Shown here in pieces: positions 23,621 through 36,373 of a stretch of 64,000 nucleotides of DNA (position 1 is the stretch's first letter; each line of letters begins with the position of its first letter). This DNA is from Eledone cirrhosa. Its lineage: Eukaryota. The translations under genes and the position numbers were made by a program. Under the pieces are notes generated by a model. It saw nothing but the letters and a program-made list of their open reading frames with translations. It was not told the origin of the DNA and searched no databases. Where the stretch lies: contig OZ024741.1 in the NCBI GenBank assembly GCA_964016885.1, forward strand, positions 124,558,001 to 124,622,000. The letters are read 5' to 3'.

Positions 23621-25494
23621 CAACTTTCCCTTCTGTTCTGTCCAACCTTCTCTACTGCTCTACGTACATCACTCATATCTCGCTCTCATAAACATGGTAC
23701 TTCTCACCCATACCGTATATACCATTCCCAAAAGATTGAATATAAATCTAAAATAAGAAAAATTACATTTTCCATCATTATTACATCCAAGTCAACTTGG
23801 TCTCTCAAAATTGGCAGCCAATTCAATGTATAATAGAAATACAATGGTCTGTTTGCAATCGCTATCATTTTCTTCTGTTGTATTTCACTTGACCACAGTT
23901 GAAAGAAACAATTGTTTTAGAATATATCTAATTGTAGAGCATTCCTTTGAACTTTAGACAGACATATTATTTTAATCTGTGTTAAAATGGAAATCAGATA
24001 TTATAGAAATATCACATTTTGTTCTGTATTTAATTCTGAATATATAATCAGCAGAACCTTTTGAACTGTTTCTTATAACGTGTATTTAAAAATAATCTAT
24101 GTTTCGCCCTCAGTCAAGGCATTTGATACTCAAAATTCGATCTTCTGTTTTTGTTCCGTATCAGTTCTTTGAAGAATATGAATTTTATATCTAAAGAACA
24201 TTGTTTTACACCAGCAGTCAGCGCAGCTTTAACCATTTTGATAACGTGAAAACATTTCATATTTGACTGCAATTAATCATTCTTTCAGTAGTGGACGCAG
24301 TATTAACGAATGGTTGAGTAATTTCCTTTGCATTCATTAGGCTCTTTCTTTCCATTTCACAGAACCACTTCACGTATCTCCTCTAGACAGGAACCACTTA
24401 TTGAGATAGTAAGATGATGCTAGCGTTCCCGGTACAGTTATGTATCCTCACACGACTCTCTGTCCCAAACCATTCTTCTGGGCACAGCTGGAGGAAAATA
24501 AGTTGAATAGAAATACTTTACTGGTTCAACAACAACAATGGCAAGACAGGTTACAACACTGCGACTCTTTTTACATGACGGCGGACTGGTGACAACAAAA
24601 ACGTCTAGATTGGAAGTGAAACGACTGGCTGCAATAATTATTGAAACACCATTCTGAAGATGTCAATAACATATAGTGGATTATTTCACAAAACAAATCT
24701 TGACGTAGTTATGTAATTTCTAATTGCAGCTATGACTTAACTGTCTAAAATACTCTCTTTATTCAAAATATACTTCATATTGTTACACAATAGATTATTG
24801 AAGTGGCTCGGGTATGGAATATTCCTCAGAATTGCACAATACACCAATCCTGCTTACTGAATAATGGTGATGGAGGTGTTATTTCTTCCGTTTATCAAAA
24901 TAGACAATTAAATATTTCCTCAGCAAACCCAAACATCCTAATATTCTAAATTGGGATTTCATTATATGAAATGTTTCCATGTTGTATATATATTTAATCT
25001 TTAACTCTGTTTCTTTTTTGCCTAACCAAGCAGGATTTCAGTTTCCATCCAATTACCAGAGAGTTAGTCTGTATGATTTATAATGTAATATCATTGAAGT
25101 TAAAGAGGCTGACTTTTAATATGTAATTTTCTTTTCGAATTGCCGTTTTGTTTAACTGTTATATTGCATCGTAATTATTAAATAATGTATATGCTTTCAG
25201 ATATGGAGGAAAATTGCTAAAGGATAGCAACATTTATAATTTCTCATAAAATAGGAGATCATGAATTATTGTTGTGACAGGGAAAGAAAGAACACATATT
25301 TCTCTTTTTATATCAATAAATAAACCTGTCTTCATAGCCGTACAATTAATATCTAATAGTTTATATGAAATGCACGTGACTTACGGGTTACATTGATGGC
25401 CTCATGATTGTTAAGTCGTGAGTTGGAATCTCGTACTGGGCGATGCACTGTCTTTTTGTCGATAATGAGAAAAATAACTATATTCTTTTTAGAT

Positions 25495-25800
25495 GAAAGC
25501 GCATGGTCTAATAGTTAAGCAGTTCCACATATACATACAGTATCGTGAATTTATTTTCGGGGTCTGTGCTGCATTCCTGAGCAAAACATTATTTCACATT
25601 CTTCCAGTCCATTCACTGGTAAAAATACATTGTACATGTAATTCAAATGACCAGCCTTGTCACATATAGTATCGCATTGATTTAACCAGAAATATATACG
25701 TGTCTGTGGAAGAGTGGAAGAATAATTTACGCGAGGGACAATCCGATGAACAAATTAACTGGAACACTCCTATTTGAAACCAGCACACAGTGCTCTCATG
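25495..25800 (+). mobile_element. Degenerate tRNA-derived SINE (third family)
   Basis: GCATGGTCTAATAGTTAAG head and CCTGAGCAAAACA..CCAGTCCATTCA core; related fragments at ~20085-20140 and ~21820-21900. Confidence 0.45.
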
Positions 25801-27049
25801 AACACACAGACGTAAAATAGATTTCATAGTAGACAGGTAGGGTCTAGTAAATCCTAAGGGAGTGGTAGTCGCACCGTGTTGACATACGGCGTTTCTAGGG
25901 CATTTTTAATCCTGGCGAGGCCCATCTCCTCGTCGGGTCTGAATACAGCAGATTTCTTCAAGAGAAAGTGAAAGTGAAAGTGTGAGAGCATGGAGGTGAG
26001 GAAGAGATATAGAGAAAGAATTAGACTGATACTTTTTTATCGACCTTGAATAGATGAAGTTTGACCTCGACGGGATTTAAACTCAGAAAGCAGAGATCCG
26101 AAGCGAATATTTCAAAGTATTCTATTCGACGTTATATCTGCCAATTCGCTGTCATTTACAATACACTGTGGAAAAACTGCATAGTACGGAAACTCATTTT
26201 TCCAGGGAACCGAATCATTGGCTCTGTTTCAATTCTATGTTGGGGAAAATTTTTCCCCCCTCATAAAGCTAGTTTATTGTCTGTAATATATTTATTTTAT
26301 GTAACTATATAACTGTAGTATGGTCTTAATATCATTAAACCAATTTTTCTAGCGGAATAGATGATGTTATATCGTAGACGGATTGGAAGAGTAGTTAACT
26401 TTAAAGTCCTAAAATTAATTGATTGAATATTTGGTAATAAATATATCAATAAAGAAATGCATTCATACAAACATAAATATATGAATAGATAGAAGTAACG
26501 GTTTCTTCCTGTTTCTCTCTTGGTATATATATATGCGTGTGTCTGAACTATACAAACAATTCTCGAAGGAAAGTAGAGGATTGTAATGATAGTATGCACT
26601 TGCCACGTTTAAAAAGGAATAGCTCAATGTGTTTTTATAATATATAAAGGTTTGAAGAGGAAACGGTATTTCTGAGGGCATATACGTAGAGCAAATATTA
26701 ACAAGTGTATCAATGGAAACATTAACTTCTTTCATTTATATACAATATTTATTCTCTTTAAAATGATGTTTCGAAGGAGATATTCATTATATTGTTGGAA
26801 ATGTTGGAAAGCATTTCGCATAATCTATATCTATATATATATAGCGTACATATATAGCTATCGATGCATGTTCCTTTTCCTCAGACAGATGATAAAAGTC
26901 TTGAAAATGAATGAGGTTGTCAATGAAACATATTTGGTGACACTACAGTGACATCAATAACAACAATAAAATTACATTCACATCTACGGCTGGGAACATA
27001 TTAATATGAACATCACTGAGCGCGAGGAATATTTAATTCAGGCAACAAC

Positions 27050-28600
27050 GGTGAGGAAAACTCTGACATATAGATATATTGGTATCAAGTCCCAAACCCG
27101 GAGCTAGCCACACCTTCCCAGGCGAAGTCAACTCTAAAGAGCTTAATGCCGGACATTCACGACGGAGCAAGGACCAAGCAGTTTGTGCGCATCCTGGTGC
27201 TCTTTAATAGCGAGGCTCTTGCTACAAAGTTCTATGTGGTCACCTGAAATAGGGGCTAGCCTATTTTCTTTCCCTCTCACATGGGAAGAAGAGCAATCAA
27301 GTTCTGCATTGTTGGGGTAATGACAGAAATAGAGATATAGGGGGTGCCAGCATGCACAGTGCAAAAGGGAAGCGAAACGCTCCTCGATGTAAAGAGGCCA
27401 CGGAGGTAGTACCGGTTGGTAATCAGTCTGAAGATTCTTCCCGAGAAGAAACCAGAGAGGATTGAAAAGATCCGAAACCTAATTCGCCTTCCGCGTGGCG
27501 TGGAGCTATGTTGAGCACAAAAGGCACCAATGCTATTTTTGCGAGCTAACCAGATATCAAAAAGACTTTTTTCCTCAACGAAAGACAGGGGAACTCAACA
27601 TCCCCTTGCTACATAAACCGGAATCTCAACAGTAACAGCAACAACAACGAACAACAACAGTATATTTGGCACCAATATCACCAACTGAACCACTACGACA
27701 AACAACATTAAACTCTAACAAAGCCACCCGGAGGACATGTGAAAACATATCTCTTTCCGTCTTCTCTAAACACAAAAACACACATAGACACGCAGCCGCC
27801 ACACAAACAGACTCCCGGTAACATCTGAAACAGACACCGGAACTGACTCATCTCGAAGTAAAAATGAGGGGGGAACCCCGAAAACCCCCCATAAATGAAA
27901 CGATAAGACAAAACATCTGGCATTACACACAACAGAAAACCCACACACCGCGCACAAAACAAACACATACAAAGCCACAACAATTCAAATTCCACTAACA
28001 CCATAACTATCAACACTACCACTGCTACCACCAACAGAGTAACAACATAAAAGAAAAGACACACAACTGCAACAAACAACAGCCCACACACAAATCTTCG
28101 TGTTAGTAAGAAGGGCCAACGAAGAACTGATGGTCCTCGTAGCACGAGCTAAAGAGATTGAGAAAGAGGAGGAGATTTCTGGTACCAGCACATTTAAGTG
28201 CCTGTATCTCCACAAGCTGAAGCAGGGCATCGCGCCCGAACCAAGGCATGGAAGGGCTACGTCGTCATATGCGACCGATGTCATTGTGGTGGTGTCGGAC
28301 ACCTCGACATCTTCTTAGATGAATATGAAAAGATGACGTGCGCAAAGATCAACCGAGAGACGTGGTGTGTTTGCAGCTCAGCACATGGAGAGGCAAATTT
28401 ATGCCGTTCAATAGCGTCGTTGGATGCATGACGGACAGATCGGTGAAGTTGCCCGGGATCTGATTTCAGCCAGACCTCCAGGTGGATAAGATCTGGGACG
28501 AAGTAATGAGCAGGTTAGTCACTTTCACCCAGTAATGGGCCGAAAGGAAGCTATCACTGAAAGACTGGGTGGAGGTGTCGAACATATACATTTCTAAATA
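27050..28600 (+). mobile_element. Tx1/L1-clade LINE remnant (ORF1 joined to an RT fragment)
   Basis: FVLVRRANEELMVLVARAKEIEKE is homologous to the ORF1 end at ~50550-50650; SSYATDVIVVVSD and PDLQVDKIWDEV are homologous to ORF2 at 52850-53200. Confidence 0.75.
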
Positions 28601-29015
28601 TTCTCTTTCATTAAACTCTTTCTACTTCACTTGTTACATATTGCAACAACTCTTCTTTCTCCTTTCACTCCTTATACAATGATCTACACTAATGAGATTT
28701 CTGTCACCATTCTTTTTCTTTATGTATAGTCTATTAATATTTGCTTTAGACTGTAAAGCTCCGTATATTGTCATGAACCTTCCCGTCCTTCTATCCAATT
28801 TTGATATTTCTTCTTCAAACCATCTAAGAGTGGATGCACTATATCTAACCACTGTAACAGCCCAGATAACCATTGCAATGGCCAGATTTCTTGCATTGAA
28901 GTTAGTTTTTCAAATCATTTTTACTTTTTTTAAACATATCCTACTAATCTTTTCTTCTATTTCCACGTAAAAATACCATCTAATTATAAGATCCCCAAAT
29001 ATTTATAGCCACTTA
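28600..29015 (-). mobile_element. R4/Dong-like LINE fragment
   Basis: WAVTVVRYSAS..KLDRRT..NRLYIKKKNGDRNLISV matches the post-RT region of the 45104-47698 ORF family. Confidence 0.75.
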
Positions 29016-29464
29016 TCTTTTCGTTCTCCCATGGTTTCTCCCAATGGCAGTTGTAATCCAATATAGGCTGATTTCTCCCCTCTTGCATGTTGAGTACAGA
29101 GAATGTGAAAATACCAAATTCCATAGCGATATCGTGAAATTGTATGTTGAAGCTGTTGGTCCTGTTTCAAAGTTTTTGCTCCGTTGAGATGGGGCTGACC
29201 AATAACATTTCTTTCTCCCCAAAGTTCAAACTAGCCGTTTTGGTTTTATGAAATGTTGGCTGTTAGTTTCAGTTGACGTCTCGATTTACAATATGTGTTT
29301 CTGTGGTACAAATTCAAAAAACAAAATCAAATATTTGGCCCAAATATAGTTTCGTTTTTGTCGCACTTGTAACAAAAATTATATCAAAACAAACGTTTTA
29401 AACGTGTGGAACGTACGAGAGCGAATCCTGTCCTAAACAATTATTATTTTTATTATTATTATAG

Positions 29465-29695
29465 TGGGTTGGTAGAATCAGTAGAGTATCTGACACGATG
29501 CTTTGCAGCATAGAGTTACGGGCCTTCTCGTTCTTAGTTCAAATACCACCGAGGTTAGCTTTTCATTTTATCCTTATGGGATCAATACACTAAATTACCA
29601 GTAACGTACTGGGGTCGATATAATCGACTTTCCCCTTCTCCCAGATCACTTGCATTGTGCCTAAATACTATTATTATTATTATTATTATTTATTA
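29465..29695 (+). mobile_element. SINE (main family, diverged) between (ATT)n tracts
   Basis: GGTAGAATCAGTAGAG..GTTCAAATACC..GAGGTTAGCTTTTC..TTGTGCCTAAA followed by (ATT)n. Confidence 0.7.
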
Positions 29696-30136
29696 GTTCA
29701 CCATAGTAGCCCAAGCTGCTACGCAGTGCAATCGAACCGGAAACCTTATGATTATTAACCATTGGGCCATGCTTCTACCATCGTTGAATAAATGGCCATT
29801 AGCATATTATTAGTGGAATGATCGGAGAGTTGATGTTATGATTACTAAATACAAAACAAGATAATATGATAAGCAATTAATGAGGAACAGCTGTTTGGTT
29901 TGACGTTGATGTAGCTATTTAATAAGGAATACAAGAGATACAGATTTTAAAACACTGATTTAACGTATTTGATATAAATACTTCCTTGCTTTGTTAAAAT
30001 TTACATTTCAACGACAAACACACATACGTAACTTTATATGTGTATGCGTGTATGCGTGGGCGTGTAAATACATGCATATATATTTATATGCATGCATACA
30101 CATATATTAATGTACATACATATACATAAATATATC

Positions 30137-30170
<34 letters not shown>

Positions 30171-30172
30171 TA

Positions 30173-30203
<31 letters not shown>

Positions 30204-30469
30204 ATATATATAAATATACATACAATCATGTAGATATATATATTAATAATTATTTTCTTTGGTGTTTTGAGAAACAAAATATTTTTATTGAGAAAATCAA
30301 TTTTTTGTATAGTTGAATGAACCCCTAGGATATTATTTGTATTTTATCGATACAGTTAAATTTAATTGCATCATTTCTGTTCTTTGAACGATATTTGATT
30401 TGTAATTAACGGTAAATATTATTTAAAAATGTTCGCATGTACGTAGGAGAATATGGATATAAATAATAA

Positions 30470-30630
30470 TTGTTTCTTGTTTAGATACAAGGCCAGCAAT
30501 TTAGGGGGAAGTCGAGTAAATCCAATCCAGTCTGGTAGTGGTACTATATTATATCGACCCCGTTAGGATGAAAGGCAAAGCTAACCTCGGATTTGAACAC
30601 CGAACATAAAGAGAGACTGCTAATCCACCG
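30470..30630 (-). mobile_element. SINE (main family, diverged)
   Basis: ACAAGGCCAGCAAT..ATCGACCCCGTTAGGATGAAAGGCAAAG. Confidence 0.7.
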
Positions 30631-31934
30631 AACACGCATATAGACACTAATGTTTTCTTATTGAAGCACAACGCTTGCACTTTGACGTGGGGTCTCCAAC
30701 AATTGAATAGTTCTTTACTTCATCGTCTTCGCAAAGAGAATAGGCAAAGTTGACCTAGGTCAGATTTGAACACAGAAGGTAAAAAATGAAAACATATTTA
30801 CTACCAGTATGAAATGAATAGTTACATGGGGCACAGGTGAGTGTATTTACATGCTGTTGGAGGCAGCGAAATGGCTGGTCCTAGAATGTCAAATACAATT
30901 CTTTGCAATATTCGTTCCACTTCACTGCCCTCTGATCCATGTTCAAATTCTTCAGAGCTCAACTTGCCTTTCAGCATTTCGATGGTAATAGTGTATTTTT
31001 CCTGTACTGGGTTCGATACTTCCTCTGTCTTGATTGCTCAATCTCACGTTCTCTGTCTCTGTATATCTGAAAGACATAGATTTATTTCGGATTTTTAAAG
31101 GAATGGGATTTCTCAGTTTTAAATGTCGTTCCGGTTCGTGGACCATGCATCTCTCGTTGAACACATCCTCAATGCCAACAACTCCAATATAGGAACAAGT
31201 TAGAAATTCTATAAAGGATATCTCAAAATGCTAGAAACAGCTGCGAATTTTCCTATATTTAAGCCTACCATCTTGATCAGGAAATCAACGGCGAAAATAG
31301 GTACAGTAATGACTTTTCCACCACTTATTATTTTCACATCAATCCTGTCTGTGCACCATGATACATACACACCATACACATACACACATACATATACACA
31401 TATATATATATATACACATATATATGCATGTACATACATATATATACCCATATATATATACACACACATACACACACCCACACATATATGTACATATATA
31501 CATACACATACATATAAACATACACACACACACACACACAGACACATATATATATATATATATATACACACACCCACATATACACGCACATACATACACA
31601 TATATTCATATATACACACACATGCACACATACATATATAAATGTACACACATATCTGTACAGACATACATACATACATACAGACATACATACAAACACA
31701 TCTACACACACATACATCTACACACACATCTACTACTCAAGTATTTAAATTCACATATAGATTGGGGTGGGGAAAAGGAATTAATGAAATGTTAGTGTAC
31801 CTCTGAGAGTTTTTCTTCTCTTCAACGATCGAATGTTTGAAAGTACGGGTATCTTCAACTTCTATTTGGATATTTTTCTTTTTCAATATGAGATTTTTTA
31901 AAGAAAAGAGAGAGGGGGAGAAGAGAATCCCGTT

Positions 31935-32190
31935 ATTTGAAGATGGAATATCATTTTTTGTGTTCAGTGGTGGTTTGTACTTTCTAATAAAGAATTATTC
32001 TTTATATTTTCGGAAATGTTCGTTGTCCGACCATATCTTAAAGAAGGGGAAAATTGGGACTTTTCCCTTTCCGCATGTTGCGAAGTGTTCACTGTATGTG
32101 GTGTTTCTGAGAGAGGGGTCTCTAATTTGTTGTTTATGTACTCGATTCAGCTATAAGAAACGAATTTGAAAAAGATCCTGCCATTATATT
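31935..32190 (-). mobile_element. Penelope-like GIY-YIG C-terminal remnant
   Basis: Minus strand YSEHFATCGKG..IFPFFKI..RKYKE*FFIRKYKPPLN resembles the PLE endonuclease end (E..FI..KP.LN). Confidence 0.55.
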
Positions 32191-32333
32191 CATCAAAGGT
32201 CTATTGAAATGGAAGCAGCAGAAGGGGGCTTTTACAGCACCTTTCTTAAACAGTCTTATCTTGCTGTCAACCTTCACCATTTTCTCTGTGTATATATGTG
32301 TGTGTATGTGTGTGGGTGTGGATGTGGGTGTGG

Positions 32334-32427
<94 letters not shown>

Positions 32428-32634
32428 TTTTTAGATCTTCATCAACACTCCTTCACTCCCACACTCATTAACACCACACTCCACACATCACAACACAACC
32501 TGATCTCAGTTTGACAATCGCCACCGACGAATGCGAGAAAGTTCTCCAAGAAAGTAAACCAGGAATCTTTAAAATTCTTCCCACCGAAGTTAACAAAGAA
32601 CTTACTAGATCTACCAACTCTTAATATTATAATA

Positions 32635-33259
32635 CTAGCAGTGGTGCCAGGCGTTGCACGGGATAAGGTATTTTGGTACGCGGGCCGCCAACAGACGTAA
32701 TCGTGGAAAAACTGCATGCCTGGACAATATGTAAAGAAAATAAACCGAATACTCTGATGGCTGGATAATCTTGAAAACTTTCCTCAATGAAGCAGGAAAA
32801 ATACAGGTTTTCACCTAATGCGGGCCCTAGGGGATCAAGAAAATAAATATTTTTATGTGCATAATATTCTTTGAAATTTCGGGAAAAGAGGTTAGACGTA
32901 ACGCCTCCAAAAAAGCTGAAAAAATGAAGTTTTTCACCTAATGCGGGACCGAGGCCATAAAAAAGTTGGATTTTCTTTGCTCACGGTATGAAGAAGAGAC
33001 TGACTAATACATAGTTACAATTTCAAGGAATTCAGTCTGACGCAACGCCTCATAAAAACCCTAAAAACCTGAAAAAACGCAGTTTTTCGCCTAATGGCCC
33101 AAGGTATCAAAAAGTTGAATTTTTTATGTGCATAACACTCCCTGAAATATAAGTAATACACATGTAAAGTTTGAAAAAAGTCGGTTGGGTATTTCTCGAG
33201 TTTTAGGGATTCAAACTCACAGACACACAGACAGACATCCTCAGTTTTATATATATAGA
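32635..33259 (-). mobile_element. Non-autonomous Helitron
   Basis: Minus strand begins A|TCTATATATATAAAACTGAGG and ends with a subterminal hairpin CCCGTGCAACGCCTGG then CTAG|T; no TSD. Confidence 0.75.
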
Positions 33260-33277
33260 TTTGAAATGTAAATCCCA

Positions 33278-33320
<43 letters not shown>

Positions 33321-33454
33321 ACAGACATCCTCAGGGAAGTGACGTAATGCAGACAGCCAGACATACAGACAGATATTATTAAGGGCGCGACATTATATGT
33401 ATGTATCTATCTAAAAAGAGAAAGACTAAGAATTATAGAGAGAGATCGCTAAAT

Positions 33455-33668
33455 CGCCTAATTCGGTACCTAGGGCATTGAAAATTTGAAATTCTCTTTG
33501 CTAAGAACACTCCCTGAGACATAAGTATTACATGTGTAAAGTTTGAAAAGAGTCGGTTGGGTGGTTCTCTAGTTTTAGGGATTCAAACTCACACACACAC
33601 AGACAGACATCCTCAGTTTTATATATATAGACTAGCAGAAAACCACCCGGTGGGCGGTTTTCTGCTAG
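33455..33668 (-). mobile_element. Partial second copy of the same Helitron, joined to a palindromic CTAG-ended terminus
   Basis: 33455-33631 repeats 33085-33259 and is followed directly by CTAGCAGAAAACCACCC-GGT-GGGCGGTTTTCTGCTAG. Confidence 0.65.
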
Positions 33669-34220
33669 CAAATCTAGTGTATATACTGATATTGATGAGA
33701 TTTGGATGAGAAATGTTTTCGGCACCACATGTTCACCGTCACTCGGTGTGTCTTTTATGCATGTATAAATATATATGTTATCTATACGGTGAAATCTTTG
33801 AAATAAATATATGTTAAAACGAAAAAGGAGAAAATAAATAACTGGCGGTTAGAAAAAAATATTCCTATGAAATTTTAATCATACCATTAGGTGTGAATAA
33901 GGAAATATTTTTTTTATTGGCAAAACAAATGTTCAAAAGAAAAACTTCAAGTTTTTTAATTATTTCCAATTTTTTCATGAAATTGAACACTGGACGTTGG
34001 CTGCTGGAAATGGAAATTAAATCGTATTTAATTGTATTTAAATTTCTAACCTTATTTTATTATTTATATTTTTTCAATAAGAAATTTAAAAAAAAATAAA
34101 AAAAATTGAAGAAAAAAATTGAACAAATCAAACGTAGGTTATGGAACTGCGCAATCTGATTAATAAATTACCGCATCAGCAGCAACCTTGTTCAAATGGT
34201 CCTTATTATCAGCAGCAACA

Positions 34221-34305
34221 ACCACAAATTCAATGGCAACCTTCTTCAAACCACAAATTCAATGGCAACCTTCTTCAAACCACAAATTCAATGGCAACCT
34301 TCTTC
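34221..34305 (+). repeat. 29-bp minisatellite, about 3 copies
   Basis: ACCACAAATTCAATGGCAACCTTCTTCAA x3, contiguous, no spacers. Confidence 0.9.
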
Positions 34306-34673
34306 GCATGGTGTCAAGTCAGAACCGCCTCGAACTGGTTACTTCTGGCTTGTGCAAGGTGTCTCTATAGCAACCAGCGATTCCCTCGGCCTCAGTGACC
34401 AAAGTCAGTGGAGATGGGAAGGTAATGTTTCTATAGCACGTGTTTTAGCGTCTATTCACTCTCTCTCTCTCCCTCTCTCCCTCCCGCTATCCCCCTCTCG
34501 TAGTCTGTCTCTTTCTTTCACTCTCACTCTCTCTCTACGCACGTGTTTCCACTGTTGGACAGACAGACAGACAGACAGAGAAATTGCTGGTTATATATAT
34601 AAGTAGATTATAAATTTAAATCAAATTATTTAGAACTACAAGTGAAGTCATTCTTTTCCTTTTTTCAAATATA

Positions 34674-35262
34674 TCTATAATATTATAAAGCTGAGTGTCG
34701 TGTGTATTATGTATGCATGCATCCTACACACCTCCCTATAGTTGTTAGCTTTACTCTCTCCGTCGCTCTTACCTCTCTCTATATGATAACTCTCTTTTAC
34801 TTTCCGTAGAGATGAGCGTCGTATGTAAATTCGGCTCTCTATAATAGATCATTTCCCCTCTCTATAATTTAACTGCTTTACTGTCGCTGTCGCTCTTCAC
34901 TCTCTAATATTATAAAGCTGAGCATCTCTCTCCCTCTTTCACCGTCTCTATAATTAAACAGCTTTACTCTGTCTCTCTTCACTCTCTATATGATACCAGG
35001 AAATACATACATCAAAAGGCAACCCTGACAAATATAATAATTGTTTCTACTTTAGGCACAAGGCCAGCAATTATCCCAGTTCATTACTGGTACTTTATTT
35101 TATCGACCCCGTAAGGATGAAAGGCAAAGTTAACCTCGGCGGGATTTGAACTCAGATCATAAAGGGACGTAACTATGCTGGAAAGCATGGCGTCCGACCC
35201 TCTACCGATACTGCCAATCCGTCGTGTGTATCCCACACACTTTTACTGTCGTCGCTCGCATA

Positions 35263-35300
<38 letters not shown>

Positions 35301-35691
35301 GCATACTTTCACACCTGATTTCACCAATTGCCGGATAACATCAAAACAAAACACACAGACACACACATGCACATACACACATACACAAACACATATACAA
35401 TACACAAACACACACACATATCTATACTTTATATGTATGTATGTATGCATGTAAGATCATTCTCCCTATCTATAATTTAACTGCTTTACTCTCTCTGTCG
35501 CTCTTCACTCTCTATATAACAACACTGTTTTAGTTTCCGTATCTCCCTTCAATATATACACATAGAGAGAGAGAGAGAGAGGGAGAGAGAGAGTCGGAAG
35601 GACAATGTGACACGGGATGATGTGTGGTATCTTTGCAGTGGAGTGGTGGGGGATGTTATACCTAGCCGAGCGCCAGCCGGACGGCCAGCTA

Positions 35692-35692
<1 letters not shown>
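34674..35692 (+). mobile_element. Non-autonomous Helitron (family 2), interrupted by a SINE
   Basis: A|TCTATAATATTATAAAGCTGAG start; GC-rich subterminal hairpin and CTAG|T end; internal CT-rich tandem subrepeats. Confidence 0.75.
35041..35222 (-). mobile_element. SINE (main family), full length, inserted in the Helitron
   Basis: Nearly identical to 6981-7161; absent at the equivalent site of the sister Helitron (~38465-38475). Confidence 0.9.
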
Positions 35693-35735
<43 letters not shown>

Positions 35736-35758
35736 GGTAATAAATTTGAAGACTAAAA

Positions 35759-35831
<73 letters not shown>

Positions 35832-35852
35832 CCGCATTGCCATACCAACGAA

Positions 35853-35934
35853 AAAGACTGAACACAGGGAAAGATTTTTGACTGATATATATATATATAT
35901 ATCAGTCAAAAATCTTTCCCTGAGTTCAGTCTTT
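35853..35934. repeat. 82-bp palindrome centred on (TA)n
   Basis: AAAGACTGAACACAGGGAAAGATTTTTGACTG-(AT)n-CAGTCAAAAATCTTTCCCTGAGTTCAGTCTTT, one mismatch. Confidence 0.9.
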
Positions 35935-35944
35935 ATATATATAT

Positions 35945-36165
35945 ATAATGTCAACATGAATGGACCTGGTATTTTTATCTAAAGTCATTTTTTCCAATTC
36001 CATCCCGCCCGTCCCCTCAGTCTATTTTATTTCTCATTTTCTTCTGATAAAGGACTAACGTCCGAAACGTTAAGACCATCTTCCTGCTATATCAAGCGTT
36101 AAACTAATATATACCTTCCATATACTGTACCGATTATGTTGTTATTTATGTTTACCTTTTACAAA
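35945..36165 (+). mobile_element. PLE pseudo-LTR-like repeat (family B) with HHR motif at 36040-36075
   Basis: TCTT-CTGATAA-A-GGAC-TAAC-GTCC-GAAA-CG-TT-AAGA (G8->A). Homologous to 60065-60290 (-), 61545-61628 (+) and 1-55 (+). Confidence 0.7.
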
Positions 36166-36258
36166 TATATATATATGTATAACGAAGGAAATGTGGTAAG
36201 GAACCAGGTGGACCATAACGCACCAAAGTACTCAATACTTGGGGTAGTAGAGTGGGTA

Positions 36259-36373
36259 ATAGGAACAAGTAAGACCCCGACGGCTGAGCTCAAGCCGTTT
36301 CGACGGCTAATTCTGTCAGAATTAGCCGTCGAAACGGCTTGAGCTCAGCCGTCGGGGTCTTACTTGTTCCTAT
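36259..36373. repeat. Perfect 115-bp palindrome (57-bp arms, 1-nt centre at 36316)
   Basis: ATAGGAACAAGTAAGACCCCGACGG...TTCTG-T-CAGAA...CCGTCGGGGTCTTACTTGTTCCTAT. The upstream 36181-36235 recurs at 63947-64000. Confidence 0.95.

Noticed and set aside
24363-24407. Possible short host exon (pyrimidine tract-AG ... GTAAGA)
   Set aside because: No recognisable protein similarity or partner exons; such signals arise by chance. Would need RNA-seq.
31209-31795. Many 60-170 aa ORFs rich in YI, CV, HT or LS repeats (also 16097-16739, 21523-21736, 59204-59534, 63125-63989)
   Set aside because: These are translations of dinucleotide microsatellites, which lack stop codons; not genes.
34221-34305. 29-bp repeat x3 resembling a CRISPR repeat in length
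   Set aside because: Copies are contiguous with no spacers, the context is eukaryotic and there are no cas genes; it is a minisatellite.
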